Notes: generated from the sequence alone by a model not told the origin. A stretch of DNA of 36,570 nt from an uncultured Ruminococcus sp. (GCA_964552525.1 CAZKHW010000001.1:1-36570); one strand, 5' to 3'. Positions 1 through 9,279 are shown, counted from the stretch's first letter. A program made the numbers and translations.

Positions 1-224
1 AAACTAGCCTGTCCTGTCTCCTTGGCAAGCACCAGGGAATACTCCGGAATATCCGGCTCAAGGTCTGCGGACTCGTTCATGTAGAGATAATAGCCGGCTG
101 CCATCGGGACACGATCACCAGAAAAAATGACGTTCATACCAACCGTCGCAGCTACGACGATCAGCAGGATAATCACAACGAATACGGCAAAGACCGATCC
201 GCCCTTCTTTTTCGTTTTGCTCAT
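1..224 (-). CDS. hypothetical membrane-anchored protein, N-terminal part (gene runs off the left edge)
   Basis: ATG at 224-222 with AAGGAG 8 nt upstream. Reads MSKTKKKGGSVFAVFVVIILLIVVAATVG... (basic N-terminus plus one TM helix) and stays open to base 1. Absent from the ORF track because it has no stop in the window. Confidence 0.55.
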   Translation of the reverse strand, partial: MSKTKKKGGSVFAVFVVIILLIVVAATVGMNVIFSGDRVPMAAGYYLYMNESADLEPDIPEYSLVLAKETGQAS

Positions 225-309
225 GGTTGTTTCTCCTTCCGGGTCTCAGGTAAAATGCGAGACCTGTTGTATCGCGGCGATTCTCCGCTTCCGATCGGGA
301 CACAGTAAT

Positions 310-338
310 ATTATACCACATCGTCAAGAATTTTGCAA
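310..338 (-). promoter_or_regulatory. sigma-A type promoter for the truncated membrane-protein gene
   Basis: Minus strand TTGCAA (338-333), 17-nt spacer, TATAAT (315-310), preceded by TGg (extended -10). Confidence 0.5.
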
Positions 339-384
339 CCCTTTTGTCATAATTTTTCAGTCTGCTGCCCGGTTTTTTCCACGA

Positions 385-418
385 AAAAGGGGATGACGGT
401 CACACCGCCATCCCCTTG
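385..418 (-). terminator. intrinsic terminator downstream of tsf
   Basis: GGGGATG (389-395) pairs with CATCCCC (409-415), with inner CGG/CCG pairs. A T-run follows on the minus strand (CCCCTTTTTCG). Confidence 0.6.
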
Positions 419-436
419 CCATGCTGTATTCGGGAA

Positions 437-1363
437 TTAGCCGATCATGCTGGCAACCTCTGCCGCAAAATCATCAGCCTTCTTCTCGATGCCCTCGCCC
501 AGCTCAAAGCATACAAAAGCGGTAACCTCGATCGGCGCACCTGCCTCCTTAGCCTTGGAATCTACATACTCCTGAACGGACATCTTGTTCTCCTTAACAA
601 AAGCCTGCTCCAGGAGACAGATTTCGGAGAAGAGCTTGCCGAGCTTGCCCTCTGCGATCTTTACCTTTGCCTGCTCAGGCTTGGATGCCATCTTCGGATC
701 CTCGTCCATCTGCTTCTTGATGATCTCCTTCTCCTCATCAACACGGGACTGCGGTACATCCTCGCGCTTGAGATACTCCGGATGCATTGCTGCAACCTGG
801 AAATCACAATCCTTCAGTGCCTCGAGAACCGGCTCTGCAGCACCAGCAGTCGTCTTTGCAGCTACCAAAGCACCTGCCAGACCATTCTGGTGAACGTAAG
901 GAACGACTGCATCGCCCTCAAGACGTGCAAAGCGGCGAATCTTCATGTTCTCACGGATGGACAGGAACAGCTCCTGCAGCTCCTCTGCAACGGTCTTGGA
1001 GCCGCCTGCAATGGTGCAAGCGTTCAGAGCATCCAGATCAGCCGGATTCTGCTCAATAACGGTGTTTGCCACTGCCTCAACGAACTCCTTGAACTTCGGG
1101 TTCTTCGCAGCAAAATCAGTCTCAATGTTGACCTCAACGACCGCACCAACGGTGTTGTCAGCGTTTACCACTGCAAGTGCCAGACCCTCAGCAGCAACAC
1201 GACCAGCCTTCTTCGCCTGGGTAGCCAGACCCTTTTCACGGAGAATCTGAATTGCCTTCTCCTTATCGCCCTCAGCGTCAGTCAGTGCCTTCTTGCAGTC
1301 CATCATGCCAGCACCAGTCATCTGGCGCAGCTCATTAATATCCTGTACAGTAACCTTTGCCAT
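437..1363 (-). CDS. tsf: translation elongation factor Ts
   Basis: 308 aa. The N-terminus MAKVTVQDINELRQMTGAGMMDCKKAL...REKG is the classic EF-Ts UBA-like motif. It sits directly downstream of rpsB, the conserved rpsB-tsf order. Confidence 0.97.
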   Translation of the reverse strand: MAKVTVQDINELRQMTGAGMMDCKKALTDAEGDKEKAIQILREKGLATQAKKAGRVAAEGLALAVVNADNTVGAVVEVNIETDFAAKNPKFKEFVEAVANTVIEQNPADLDALNACTIAGGSKTVAEELQELFLSIRENMKIRRFARLEGDAVVPYVHQNGLAGALVAAKTTAGAAEPVLEALKDCDFQVAAMHPEYLKREDVPQSRVDEEKEIIKKQMDEDPKMASKPEQAKVKIAEGKLGKLFSEICLLEQAFVKENKMSVQEYVDSKAKEAGAPIEVTAFVCFELGEGIEKKADDFAAEVASMIG

Positions 1364-1397
1364 AATTGCATCCTTCTTTCTAAAATAATATCGCGAG

Positions 1398-1426
1398 AGG
1401 AAAGGAAAAGCGGCTTTTCCCTTCCT
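1398..1426 (-). terminator. rpsB-tsf intercistronic hairpin (possible attenuator)
   Basis: 13-position stem with one mismatch (AGGAAAGGAAAAG / CTTTTCCCTTCCT) and a 3-nt loop, between the rpsB stop and the tsf start. Confidence 0.4.
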
Positions 1427-1441
1427 CCTGTCTATCGTTAA

Positions 1442-2179
1442 TTACTCAGCAGCCTCTGTCTCGTCAGCAGCAGCCTGCTCCTTGGCCGCCTCATCAGCCC
1501 CCTGTCTGCCCTCGATGATCGCATTTGCAATCGTGCCGGCAATGAGCTTGACAGCGCGGATCGCATCATCGTTGCCCGGGATCACATAGTCAACCTCATC
1601 CGGATCGCAGTTGGTATCAACAATGGCAACGATCGGAATATTCAGCTTCTTAGCCTCAGCAACAGCGATCTTCTCCTTGCGCGGATCTACGATGAACAGT
1701 GCGCCCGGAAGTCTCTTCATGTTCTTGATACCGCCCAGGAACTTCTCCAGACGCTCGATCTCCAGATTCAGCTTTACAACTTCCTTCTTCGGCAGGAGTG
1801 CAAATGTGCCGTCCTCTGCCATCTGGTGGAGCTGCTCAAGTCTCTGGATTCTTCTCTGGATGGTCTTGAAGTTGGTCATCATACCGCCCAGCCAGCGAGC
1901 ATTGACATAATGTGCGCCTGCGCGTACTGCCTCCTCACGGATGGAGTCGCTTGCCTGCTTCTTGGTGCCGACAAACAGAACCTCCTTGCCCTCTGCGGAG
2001 ATGTCGCGAACGTACAGATAAGCCTCCTCGAGCTTCTTTACGGTCTTCTGCAGGTCAATGATGTAGATGCCGTTTCTTTCGGTGAAAATGTACGGAGCCA
2101 TTTTCGGATTCCATCTTCTGGTCTGGTGACCGAAGTGTACGCCTGCTTCCAGCAACTGCTTCATAGATACTACGCTCAT
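1442..2179 (-). CDS. rpsB: 30S ribosomal protein S2
   Basis: 245 aa. [27 protein letters not shown]... is the canonical S2 N-terminus. AGGAGG RBS upstream. Confidence 0.97.
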   Translation of the reverse strand: MSVVSMKQLLEAGVHFGHQTRRWNPKMAPYIFTERNGIYIIDLQKTVKKLEEAYLYVRDISAEGKEVLFVGTKKQASDSIREEAVRAGAHYVNARWLGGMMTNFKTIQRRIQRLEQLHQMAEDGTFALLPKKEVVKLNLEIERLEKFLGGIKNMKRLPGALFIVDPRKEKIAVAEAKKLNIPIVAIVDTNCDPDEVDYVIPGNDDAIRAVKLIAGTIANAIIEGRQGADEAAKEQAAADETEAAE

Positions 2180-2300
2180 GATAGTTCCTCCTAAAAAATG
2201 TTTGGTTTTTAATTGAATCCTCCGCCCGCTGTCCGCCTAACGACCCGGAAAGCGTCCGGGCACCACGCCGCGAAATCGCAGGGCGTGCGAAATCTTTTAT

Positions 2301-2329
2301 ATTATACCATATTCCGCTTAGCATTGCAA
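2301..2329 (-). promoter_or_regulatory. sigma-A promoter of the rpsB-tsf operon
   Basis: Minus strand TTGCAA (2329-2324), 17 nt, TATAAT (2306-2301) with TGg extended -10. A ~110-nt GC-rich leader with hairpins (e.g. CCCGGACGCTTTCCGGG) follows before rpsB. Confidence 0.6.
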
Positions 2330-2388
2330 GTCTGTCCGAGGTAGAAATTTCCTGTTGAATTCCCCATCTTCATCGTCACAATGCACAA

Positions 2389-2589
2389 TCATTCTCCATC
2401 TTTCTTCTCGGAACGCTTTGCATTCCCGGACTTACGCTTAGATTTTTTCTTCTCCTCCTGCTTTTTCATAGCAGCCATTGCCGCGCTGAGTACGATCAAG
2501 ATCAACGCTACTGCCGCAACGATGATCCACAGCATGATATTGCGGTTATCGCCGGTCGCTACACTCGCTTCAAGGGCAGTCAGAATCAT
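2389..2589 (-). CDS. small single-pass membrane protein with Lys-rich tail
   Basis: Start moved to the internal ATG (2589): AAGGAGG lies 7 nt upstream, and the longer track ORF would begin upstream of the -10 box. Reads MILTALEAS..., then TM IMLWIIVAAVALILIVLSAAMAAM, then KKQEEKKKSKRKS. Confidence 0.55.
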   Translation of the reverse strand: MILTALEASVATGDNRNIMLWIIVAAVALILIVLSAAMAAMKKQEEKKKSKRKSGNAKRSEKKDGE

Positions 2590-2622
2590 AGAAACACCTC
2601 CTTTTGTTGCATCGTTATTGCT

Positions 2623-2651
2623 AGTATACCACAAATTCGGCGGTTCGTCAA
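2623..2651 (-). promoter_or_regulatory. sigma-A promoter for the small membrane protein gene
   Basis: Minus strand TTGACG (2651-2646), 17 nt, TATACT (2628-2623) with TGg. Confidence 0.5.
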
Positions 2652-2784
2652 GGGTAAGATGCTACACATCGGAAATCATTTTTTGTCTTAAATTATAACT
2701 TCCATACAAACGCCGCCCAAGGCTGATGCCTTTGGAAACCACCATCTCCGCTGTGATCCAGCTTTGCCCTCTTGCCTTAGAGCC

Positions 2785-3279
2785 CTAATTGTCGTATTTT
2801 CTTAATATTTCATTCAGCTTAGTTGTAGTAGAAGTCATAAGCGCTTGCGTTGACTCCTCAACACCGTTTTCATAGGTAATTACGGACTGAAAATAGATTG
2901 CATCGGCTACATTTTCCCAGTCACTCGGATTGTATTCACTGATGTATTTTGCATAATCAAGCGACATTACCTCATGATACTCCTGCTCAGTAATTTCAAA
3001 AATCTCCGGTTCAGCTTCATCGTTACAATGAACTCTGCGATCTAAATAAGAAAGCAGATACTTATCTTCTTCCTGATAAACCTTCCAGTCGTTCACTCTG
3101 CCGTCCTCGCCGCCATGTTCCAGAATACTGATTGCAGCAACTATGCCGTTTTCATTTTGTACAGTTTCCGTCGATTCATTTTGACTGATATTACCTTTTG
3201 CATCATGACAACCAGCAATAACCAGACAGGACACCATCACAATTGAAAATAAAATACCTTTTACTATATTTATTTTCAT
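2785..3279 (-). CDS. putative lipoprotein
   Basis: 164 aa. Signal peptide with lipobox (MKINIVKGILFSIVMVSCLVIAG-C). GAGGTGA RBS. No recognisable domain. Confidence 0.75.
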   Translation of the reverse strand: MKINIVKGILFSIVMVSCLVIAGCHDAKGNISQNESTETVQNENGIVAAISILEHGGEDGRVNDWKVYQEEDKYLLSYLDRRVHCNDEAEPEIFEITEQEYHEVMSLDYAKYISEYNPSDWENVADAIYFQSVITYENGVEESTQALMTSTTTKLNEILRKYDN

Positions 3280-3409
3280 GATACATCACCTCTTAATTCC
3301 GAATTAGCACAGCATCAGCTTTGCCCTATGCCGCCAGGCAAAAGGCTTTGCGGACACCAGAACCCGATTTATTCTCATAGCCAACTCACCAGCGCGGGCA
3401 TCCGCGCCA

Positions 3410-3438
3410 TTGACAACCTGCCGATATCGTGGTATACT
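3410..3438 (+). promoter_or_regulatory. sigma-A promoter for the radical SAM gene
   Basis: TTGACA (3410-3415), 17 nt, TATACT (3433-3438) with TGg extended -10. Confidence 0.5.
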
Positions 3439-3493
3439 GATGATAATCCCCCAGAACGCGCACAGGCGCGAATCATTGATACCGAGGTGAACC

Positions 3494-4384
3494 ATGCTTT
3501 ACAATCCTGCAAGCTGTACACTTTGTCCCCGGGAATGCGGTGCTGACCGCACCGTTTCCCCAGGCATCTGCGGCGGCGGCAATGCCATTCGCGCCGCTCG
3601 GGCTGCCCTGCATTTCTGGGAGGAACCGCCCATCAGCGGTACCCAAGGCTCGGGCACTGTATTCTTCTCCGGATGTCCTTTGCATTGCCGTTTTTGCCAG
3701 AATGCCGTCATTTCCGAAACACCTTTTGGCAAGGAGCTGACGCCAGAGCACCTGTGCGAGATTTTTTTCAGTCTGGAGGCACAGGGGGCGCACAACATCA
3801 ACCTTGTCACGGCAGGGCATTTCCTCCCCTATCTGCTGCCGACACTGACAAGGGCTAAGCCGCGGCTGTCCATCCCCATCGTCTGGAACAGCGGCGGCTA
3901 CGAAAAAGCGGAGGCACTGCAAGCACTTAATGGTCTGGTAGACATCTATCTCCCGGACTTCAAGTTTTTCTTTGCCGAAACAGCACGCAGCTACGCGAAT
4001 GCGCCGGAATATCCGGCAGTCGCGGAGAACGCGATCACTGAGATGCTCCAACAGGTCGGAACACCTATTATCAAAAATGGGATCATGCAGCGCGGTGTGA
4101 TCCTCCGGCATCTGGTGCTGCCCGGACATCGGCATGAGAGCATCGCGCTGCTCCGGCACTTGGCTGAAACCTACGGAACATCGGCATTTCTGCTTAGTCT
4201 CATGAGCCAGTATACCCCCATGCACGAGGATACCGCCTTTCCTGCGCTGAACCGGAGAGTGACCAAGATGGAATACCAGTCCGTGGCAAAAGAGGCGGCT
4301 GTTCTCGGATTTGAGGGCTTTACGCAGGATAAGGCATCAGCAGAAAGCACCTACACACCTGACTTTTCCCTGCAGGGACTTTAA
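3494..4384 (+). CDS. radical SAM protein, PflX/pyruvate formate-lyase activase-like family
   Basis: 296 aa. N-terminal Cys cluster (CTLCPRECGADR) and the radical SAM motif CPLHCRFCQN. Layout as in COG1313-type activases. Confidence 0.85.
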   Translation: MLYNPASCTLCPRECGADRTVSPGICGGGNAIRAARAALHFWEEPPISGTQGSGTVFFSGCPLHCRFCQNAVISETPFGKELTPEHLCEIFFSLEAQGAHNINLVTAGHFLPYLLPTLTRAKPRLSIPIVWNSGGYEKAEALQALNGLVDIYLPDFKFFFAETARSYANAPEYPAVAENAITEMLQQVGTPIIKNGIMQRGVILRHLVLPGHRHESIALLRHLAETYGTSAFLLSLMSQYTPMHEDTAFPALNRRVTKMEYQSVAKEAAVLGFEGFTQDKASAESTYTPDFSLQGL

Positions 4385-5151
4385 TCCGTCATCAGCGCAT
4401 CCAGGAATTCCTCGACCGGTGACGGCAGGTAATATGTTCTCACATTCCCATCACGCACCTCTGTCATGCGGTTCACGCCGTCAACCATGGTCAGATACAC
4501 CTTGCGCCCATCGACATGCAGTGTGACACAAAGCCCCTCATTTCCTGCGGTTTCCGGATTAACTCCCGGCTCTTGCAGAGCCGGGCAGTTGTCTGCCGCC
4601 AGCGATGATTCCACGAGTTCGACAAGCGCTGCCACGTCCTCAATGCAGAACGGCTCTCCGAAATTCACGGCTTCATAGGCGATCTCCAGCTCCTCACTTT
4701 CCGCAGCATCCGCTCTGTTGGTCTGTGCCGCTCCAACTGCCGCCTGCTGCACCGGATATGACGTAGTATTGAGATCATCCGCACCCTCCTCCGCCTGAAT
4801 GTCATCTGCGGCAAGGTCATGATCCTCCATTACGGCATCGTTTGTTTTTTCAGCATTTTCCATTGCAGTCTTATCATTCTTGTTTAGATAATTTGCGGAA
4901 TGCATCGGAGAATCCTTAAGGTTTCTCCCTCTCATAGATGCAAATACGCCGACTCCGCCAATCATCAGCACAAAGCACGCTGCCGCAGCTATCAGGCGAT
5001 AGGTATGTCTGCGAACGATGCGCGGCGGTTCGGGAGCGATCTGCTGCTCATCAGGAAGGTCTGCCTCGATCCTTGCCCACAAGGCTTCCCTGTCCGGTAT
5101 CGTTTCGCGGACAGTCCGGCGCACCATCTGTTCAGTTTCCTTTCTGTTCAT
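4381..5151 (-). CDS. putative anti-sigma factor (single-pass membrane protein)
   Basis: Start taken at the internal ATG (5151), which forms an ATGA overlap with the sigma-factor stop and has AAGGAGGGAGAG upstream. Short cytoplasmic N-domain, TM helix (LIAAAACFVLMIGGVGVFA), then an acidic extracytoplasmic domain. Position immediately after an ECF sigma gene. Confidence 0.6.
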   Translation of the reverse strand: MNRKETEQMVRRTVRETIPDREALWARIEADLPDEQQIAPEPPRIVRRHTYRLIAAAACFVLMIGGVGVFASMRGRNLKDSPMHSANYLNKNDKTAMENAEKTNDAVMEDHDLAADDIQAEEGADDLNTTSYPVQQAAVGAAQTNRADAAESEELEIAYEAVNFGEPFCIEDVAALVELVESSLAADNCPALQEPGVNPETAGNEGLCVTLHVDGRKVYLTMVDGVNRMTEVRDGNVRTYYLPSPVEEFLDALMTD

Positions 5152-5690
5152 GTCAGCTCTCCCTCCTTTACTAAACGCTGTAACTTCCTGAGCGCACTGC
5201 GGTATCTCCATGCCACTGTTCCCAGCGGTTTACCCAAGATCTCCGAAATTTCGCGAAACGTCAGATCCGCCGACAGATGCATCCGCACGACCTCGCGCTC
5301 CTCCTCGGACAGCACCGACAGGATCTGTGCAGCGTGCATTTCGCCCAGCACCGTGTCCTCGGCGGTCGTTCGCTCCGTCAGGCTCTCGTGTGTCTCCACG
5401 TTCTCATCCGGTGTTTCCCTCGAGGCACGGCGCATAAAATCAATCGCCATATTCCGCGCAATGGTCATCATCCAGCTTTTATGCGGTGTGCCGTCACGGT
5501 GCGTTCCGGCAAGCTCCCAGAGCCTGAGAAAAAAATCCGAGGTCAGATCTTCCGCATCCTCACGGCGGTGTACCCTCCCCAGAAACAGCCGGTAGACCTT
5601 ATCGCCGTAGGCGTCGTAGATCTCGCGCAGTCCCTCACGGTTTCCTGCACGGATGCGTTCTACCGCCGCATCAAATGCAACATCTGTCAT
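5148..5690 (-). CDS. RNA polymerase sigma factor, ECF (sigma-70 group 4) family
   Basis: 180 aa. Region 2 (DLTSDFFLRLWE...WMMTIARNMAIDFMRR) and region 4 HTH (LSEEEREVVRMHLSADLTFREISEILGKPLGTVAWRYRSALRKL). Confidence 0.9.
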   Translation of the reverse strand: MTDVAFDAAVERIRAGNREGLREIYDAYGDKVYRLFLGRVHRREDAEDLTSDFFLRLWELAGTHRDGTPHKSWMMTIARNMAIDFMRRASRETPDENVETHESLTERTTAEDTVLGEMHAAQILSVLSEEEREVVRMHLSADLTFREISEILGKPLGTVAWRYRSALRKLQRLVKEGELT

Positions 5691-5831
5691 AGGTTTCTAC
5701 TCCTTTGATCCCCTCTGCCATAGATACGCTGCGGCAGTGGTCATTTTATGGTGTGAACCTGCACAAATTTTCAATAAAAAATCTGTGAAGCCTGCTATTG
5801 TACCTTACATCCTGCAAATGGTTCTGCCCTC

Positions 5832-5860
5832 ATTATACCATATCTGTACAGCTTGGTCAA
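5832..5860 (-). promoter_or_regulatory. sigma-A promoter upstream of the ECF sigma operon
   Basis: Minus strand TTGACC (5860-5855), 17 nt, TATAAT (5837-5832) with TGg. Leaves a ~140-nt leader. Confidence 0.5.
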
Positions 5861-5952
5861 TCCCGAACCGTGTATCTATTCCAGAAAAAGGGAACCCAAT
5901 TTCCCAGGCAATGGGATAAATATAAAAATTTTCTAAAAATTCCAAAAAGGTG

Positions 5953-5981
5953 TTTACATACCATTGAATATGTGTTATAAT
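5953..5981 (+). promoter_or_regulatory. sigma-A promoter for the M15 peptidase gene
   Basis: TTTACA (5953-5958), 17 nt, TATAAT (5976-5981) with TGt extended -10. Confidence 0.5.
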
Positions 5982-6055
5982 AAACAGTATAAAGAAAAAC
6001 GCCCTGTAGATTGAAACAGGCAGTACGGACATTATATTCCGAGAGGAGCAACAAA

Positions 6056-7126
6056 ATGGCACAGAATCCCAACGGCAGAAACTACCGCGTAAGATACGAC
6101 CGCATTATTTTTTGCGCAATCATCTTGGCAGTCATCATCCTGATCCTGACCTCCTGTATAAGCAGCTGCGGCAAAAAGCAACCCCAACCTGATCCACCCA
6201 GCAGCTCGCTCCAGGACGATCTGGCAACAGATCCAGGCAGTGCAACGGAGAATCTTCCTGTTGTGACTGAGGCTGGAAATGCAGGATATGCCACGATCTC
6301 AAAAAACAGTGACGATATCCATACCGGTGATCTGATTTTAGCGAACAGCGCACATCCTGTCGATTTTGATACCAACGCGATTGAGGAGGGTACCTCCGCT
6401 GATGTCAATTTTGTTACCATCAAGAGCATACTTGATACCAAGCCCTCCCCCAAGCACTACACGGCTGCTGACTGGGAGGTTGGACTTGACCGTACAGCAG
6501 CTCTTGCGATGGATGCATGGTTCGAGGGATTCTACAGCGCGACCGGCAACACCGATATCCGCATGATCGGTGGATATCGTCCGGAATCCGAGGATCACGA
6601 CTTCCACACGGGCAGGACGCTTACCATTGGCATCTACCCGGATACCGGATCGTCCAACTTCTACAGCCCGGAGGGCGACTATACATGGCTGGCAGACCAT
6701 GCTGCTGAATACGGCTTTATACAGCGTTATCCCGAGGGAAAGGAGGACTACTTTGACGACTCCGTTACGTCACGCAAGACCGCAACCTACCGCTATGTCG
6801 GCATTGCCCCGGCAACGTATATGACTGCACACGAGCTGTGCCTGGAGGAGTTTCTGAACGAGATCAAGAACTATTCCATTGACACAATGCTCCAGATCAC
6901 CGCAGGCAGTGCCCAGTACGGTATGTACTACATTCCGGCAGGCAACTCCGGCGGAGAAACGAGCTTTTCTGTACCCTCTGGCGACAAGAGCTACACCATC
7001 TCCGGCAACAACATGGACGGATTTATCATCACAGTTGCCCTCAACGAGGCAGCAGGCACGTCTCACAATGTCACTCCGGCGTATGAGGATCTTGATGACG
7101 AGAACCTCGATGATATGGAAGGCTGA
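6056..7126 (+). CDS. VanY-like D-alanyl-D-alanine carboxypeptidase (peptidase M15 family), membrane anchored
   Basis: Start at ATG 6056 (GAGGAG RBS; the track start at 6011 is a TTG). N-terminal TM. C-terminal half has GGYRPESEDHDFHTGRT and HAAEYGFIQRYPEGKE...YRYVG, which resemble VanY/M15B zinc-peptidase motifs. Confidence 0.8.
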   Translation: MAQNPNGRNYRVRYDRIIFCAIILAVIILILTSCISSCGKKQPQPDPPSSSLQDDLATDPGSATENLPVVTEAGNAGYATISKNSDDIHTGDLILANSAHPVDFDTNAIEEGTSADVNFVTIKSILDTKPSPKHYTAADWEVGLDRTAALAMDAWFEGFYSATGNTDIRMIGGYRPESEDHDFHTGRTLTIGIYPDTGSSNFYSPEGDYTWLADHAAEYGFIQRYPEGKEDYFDDSVTSRKTATYRYVGIAPATYMTAHELCLEEFLNEIKNYSIDTMLQITAGSAQYGMYYIPAGNSGGETSFSVPSGDKSYTISGNNMDGFIITVALNEAAGTSHNVTPAYEDLDDENLDDMEG

Positions 7127-7184
7127 TAGCATATCATCCCTGACAGATAATGTGAACCGCAAATAGGGAGGGGGCGCTCCCCTT

Positions 7185-7219
7185 GTAATGCCCTCGGTCA
7201 TTCGGGGGCATTACTTTTG
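7185..7219 (+). terminator. intrinsic terminator after the peptidase gene
   Basis: GTAATGCCC (7185-7193) pairs with GGGCATTAC (7206-7214), followed by TTTTG. A second hairpin (GGGAG...CTCCC) lies just upstream. Confidence 0.6.
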
Positions 7220-7267
7220 CGACTCTCTGCCCCCCTGTACAAATGAGGAAACATGAGGTGATACACT

Positions 7268-7465
7268 ATGGAAACCATAAGAGAATATTTTGGATTAACG
7301 GAGTATTCGGAAGAATTCATTGAAAGGATCATCCAATACAGGATGCACATGAACGAGGAATTACACCGCTATTTATCATACGAAGAAATTGCCGTAAGAG
7401 AAAACTGCACTGCTGATGATGTAAGAAAAATACTTTGCAGCACGACGATCATATGGAATCATTAA
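7268..7465 (+). CDS. small hypothetical protein, possible HTH
   Basis: 65 aa. GAGGTGA RBS. The segment LSYEEIAVRENCTADDVRKIL resembles a sigma region-4/HTH helix pair. AT-richer than its neighbours. Confidence 0.55.
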   Translation: METIREYFGLTEYSEEFIERIIQYRMHMNEELHRYLSYEEIAVRENCTADDVRKILCSTTIIWNH

Positions 7466-7469
7466 GAAC

Positions 7470-7507
7470 AAGCCCCGAAGCAATTATCAGGAATTGCTTC
7501 GGGGCTT
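7470..7507. terminator. strong bidirectional intrinsic terminator
   Basis: Perfect 16-bp stem: AAGCCCCGAAGCAATT (7470-7485) / AATTGCTTCGGGGCTT (7492-7507), with a 6-nt loop. It lies between convergent genes. Confidence 0.85.
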
Positions 7508-7560
7508 ACTTCTTTATAAATATCAGACTAACGGAAAGCCTTTGTGTACTGAAAACGCCA

Positions 7561-9258
7561 TTACATCTGCGCATTGAACAGCGCGCTGAGCTTGTAGACA
7601 ACATCCTCAGAATCCGCATCAATGGTTGCTGCCTCGTTGATCGCGGACAGGTCACTCAGCTCGGACAGATTCGCATTATAACCGATGGTGTACACCGGAA
7701 TGCTGAACGCCTCCACAATATCGGTGATCTTGTTCAGATCGCAGCCCACATTCTGCTCGCCGTCACTGAGAACGAACAGCATGAGCTTGGCATCCGGGAT
7801 GGTTTCCCGGGAATCCTGGAGCATCTTCATTCCCTGCAATACCGCATCATAGGTGCAGGTCGAACCGGATGCGGTAAGATCCTGCACAGCACCGGTGAAA
7901 TAGGCACGCTGGTTCAGATCAAACTGCGCGATCGGGAGATTGACCCTGACATCACTGCTATAGGACACCAGTCCAATGTAATTGTTGCTGTTGATATACT
8001 GCGATGCGCTCAAAAGCGATGTCTGGAGACGATTGAGCGGATCACCGCTCATACTGCCCGATACATCCGCCACAAATACAGCAACGACCGGCTTTCCGGA
8101 GTCCTTTTCCTCCTTCCAGAGCTTCTGGGAATTGAGCAAGGTCACCGCATCAAAATCCGGCTCTGCGGCAGTATAGGAATCCATCGCATTAAAGCCGTAT
8201 CGTGTTGCTGCCGCCTGCTGCTCGGAGGAGAGACAGAATTCTGTGAACGCCTTGAGAACCTCCTCCTTCTCCGCGCCGATATTGCCGACCTCGTAGAGGG
8301 GGTTGTCGTGACGAGCACCAAACGGATAGAACTCATATTTCTTTTGCAGCGTGGAATCGTTGCAGTAGGTCTGATACTCCATAATGCACGCATTGAGCGA
8401 ACCACTCTGCATCGCGCTGCGCATCTGCTGGGTCGTGTAGCAGACAAACGGAACATTTGCCTGGAACTTCTGGAACTCCGCCACCGCCTTGGAACTGAGC
8501 GGATCGGAGCTGTCAAAGCTGTAGAGCGACGAGAGCAGGAAATTCAGACCGGTGGAGCTGGTGTAGGGGTAAGTGTATCCCATTGCCACCTTACCGTCCT
8601 GCGTTGCCCTGGTGATGGTCTCAATGGTGATCTCGTTGTAATCGGCTGTCAGTGTCTTGACCATGTCATCTTCCAGCAGAAAGCCTGCAATGTTTCCCAC
8701 CAGACGATCTGTGCCGTTTTTGGTGGAAAGCTCTGCGCCGTTCGATTCTGCCATCGTGCCCCACATGGAATTCGAGGGGGTGTAGGCATCGGGGAGATAC
8801 TTGCCGGACACGATGTAGTCCGAACCCATTCCCGAGGAAATGCTGCGCACGGAAACCGACATCGTCATGCCGGAGGCTGTGCGGTTACTCTGCTGATTAA
8901 ATGCCTTTGCCGCCTCATTGAGCCAGCCGTCCGTACCAGAGCCGGCCTTTTCGGGCGATGCGAAGATCTCAATGTTGACCTGCCCGTCACCGGTGATGGT
9001 AAGAGGGTACTCGTTGATATCCGGCAGGGTGTTCGCCAGGTCATTGTCAGTAAAATCGACGGTCGCCTTGCGCGGCTCCATATTGGAAACGCTGATATTG
9101 CGCAGGAGCTTGTCGAGCTTTTTGGATGCCTCCTCCTCGCTGATCTCATAGCTGGGCTTGCCGATGTTATTGGTAACAATGATACCGCCAACGATCACAG
9201 CCGCCACGCCTGCACCGATCCCGATCAATGCACCGATCTTGGATGAATTCTTTGCCAT
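7561..9258 (-). CDS. membrane-anchored substrate-binding-like plus von Willebrand factor A domain protein
   Basis: 565 aa. N-terminal TM (IGALIGIGAGVAAVIVGGIIV). C-terminal vWA domain with MIDAS motif (VVAVFVADVSGSMSG ... TCTYDA ... MLFVLSDGEQN). Confidence 0.85.
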   Translation of the reverse strand: MAKNSSKIGALIGIGAGVAAVIVGGIIVTNNIGKPSYEISEEEASKKLDKLLRNISVSNMEPRKATVDFTDNDLANTLPDINEYPLTITGDGQVNIEIFASPEKAGSGTDGWLNEAAKAFNQQSNRTASGMTMSVSVRSISSGMGSDYIVSGKYLPDAYTPSNSMWGTMAESNGAELSTKNGTDRLVGNIAGFLLEDDMVKTLTADYNEITIETITRATQDGKVAMGYTYPYTSSTGLNFLLSSLYSFDSSDPLSSKAVAEFQKFQANVPFVCYTTQQMRSAMQSGSLNACIMEYQTYCNDSTLQKKYEFYPFGARHDNPLYEVGNIGAEKEEVLKAFTEFCLSSEQQAAATRYGFNAMDSYTAAEPDFDAVTLLNSQKLWKEEKDSGKPVVAVFVADVSGSMSGDPLNRLQTSLLSASQYINSNNYIGLVSYSSDVRVNLPIAQFDLNQRAYFTGAVQDLTASGSTCTYDAVLQGMKMLQDSRETIPDAKLMLFVLSDGEQNVGCDLNKITDIVEAFSIPVYTIGYNANLSELSDLSAINEAATIDADSEDVVYKLSALFNAQM

Positions 9259-9279
9259 ATTCTGCTTTCCTTTCTAGGG

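Noticed and set aside
115-327. 70-aa minus-strand ORF at the left end
   Set aside because: It would start inside the promoter region and is out of frame with the better-supported gene that starts at 224 (RBS, TM helix, open to the window edge).
416-1441. 341-aa plus-strand ORF covering the whole tsf locus
   Set aside because: It is the antisense shadow of an unmistakable EF-Ts gene. The translation is Leu/Cys-rich, low-complexity and motif-free, and there is no RBS.
3473-4225. 250-aa minus-strand ORF opposite the radical SAM gene
   Set aside because: The plus-strand frame carries the CxxxCxxC radical SAM motif plus an RBS and promoter. The minus-strand frame has no signals.
7435-9246. 603-aa plus-strand ORF
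   Set aside because: It is antisense to the vWA protein gene, which has clear TM and MIDAS motifs. It would also read through the 16-bp-stem terminator at 7470-7507. This is a typical GC-rich shadow frame.
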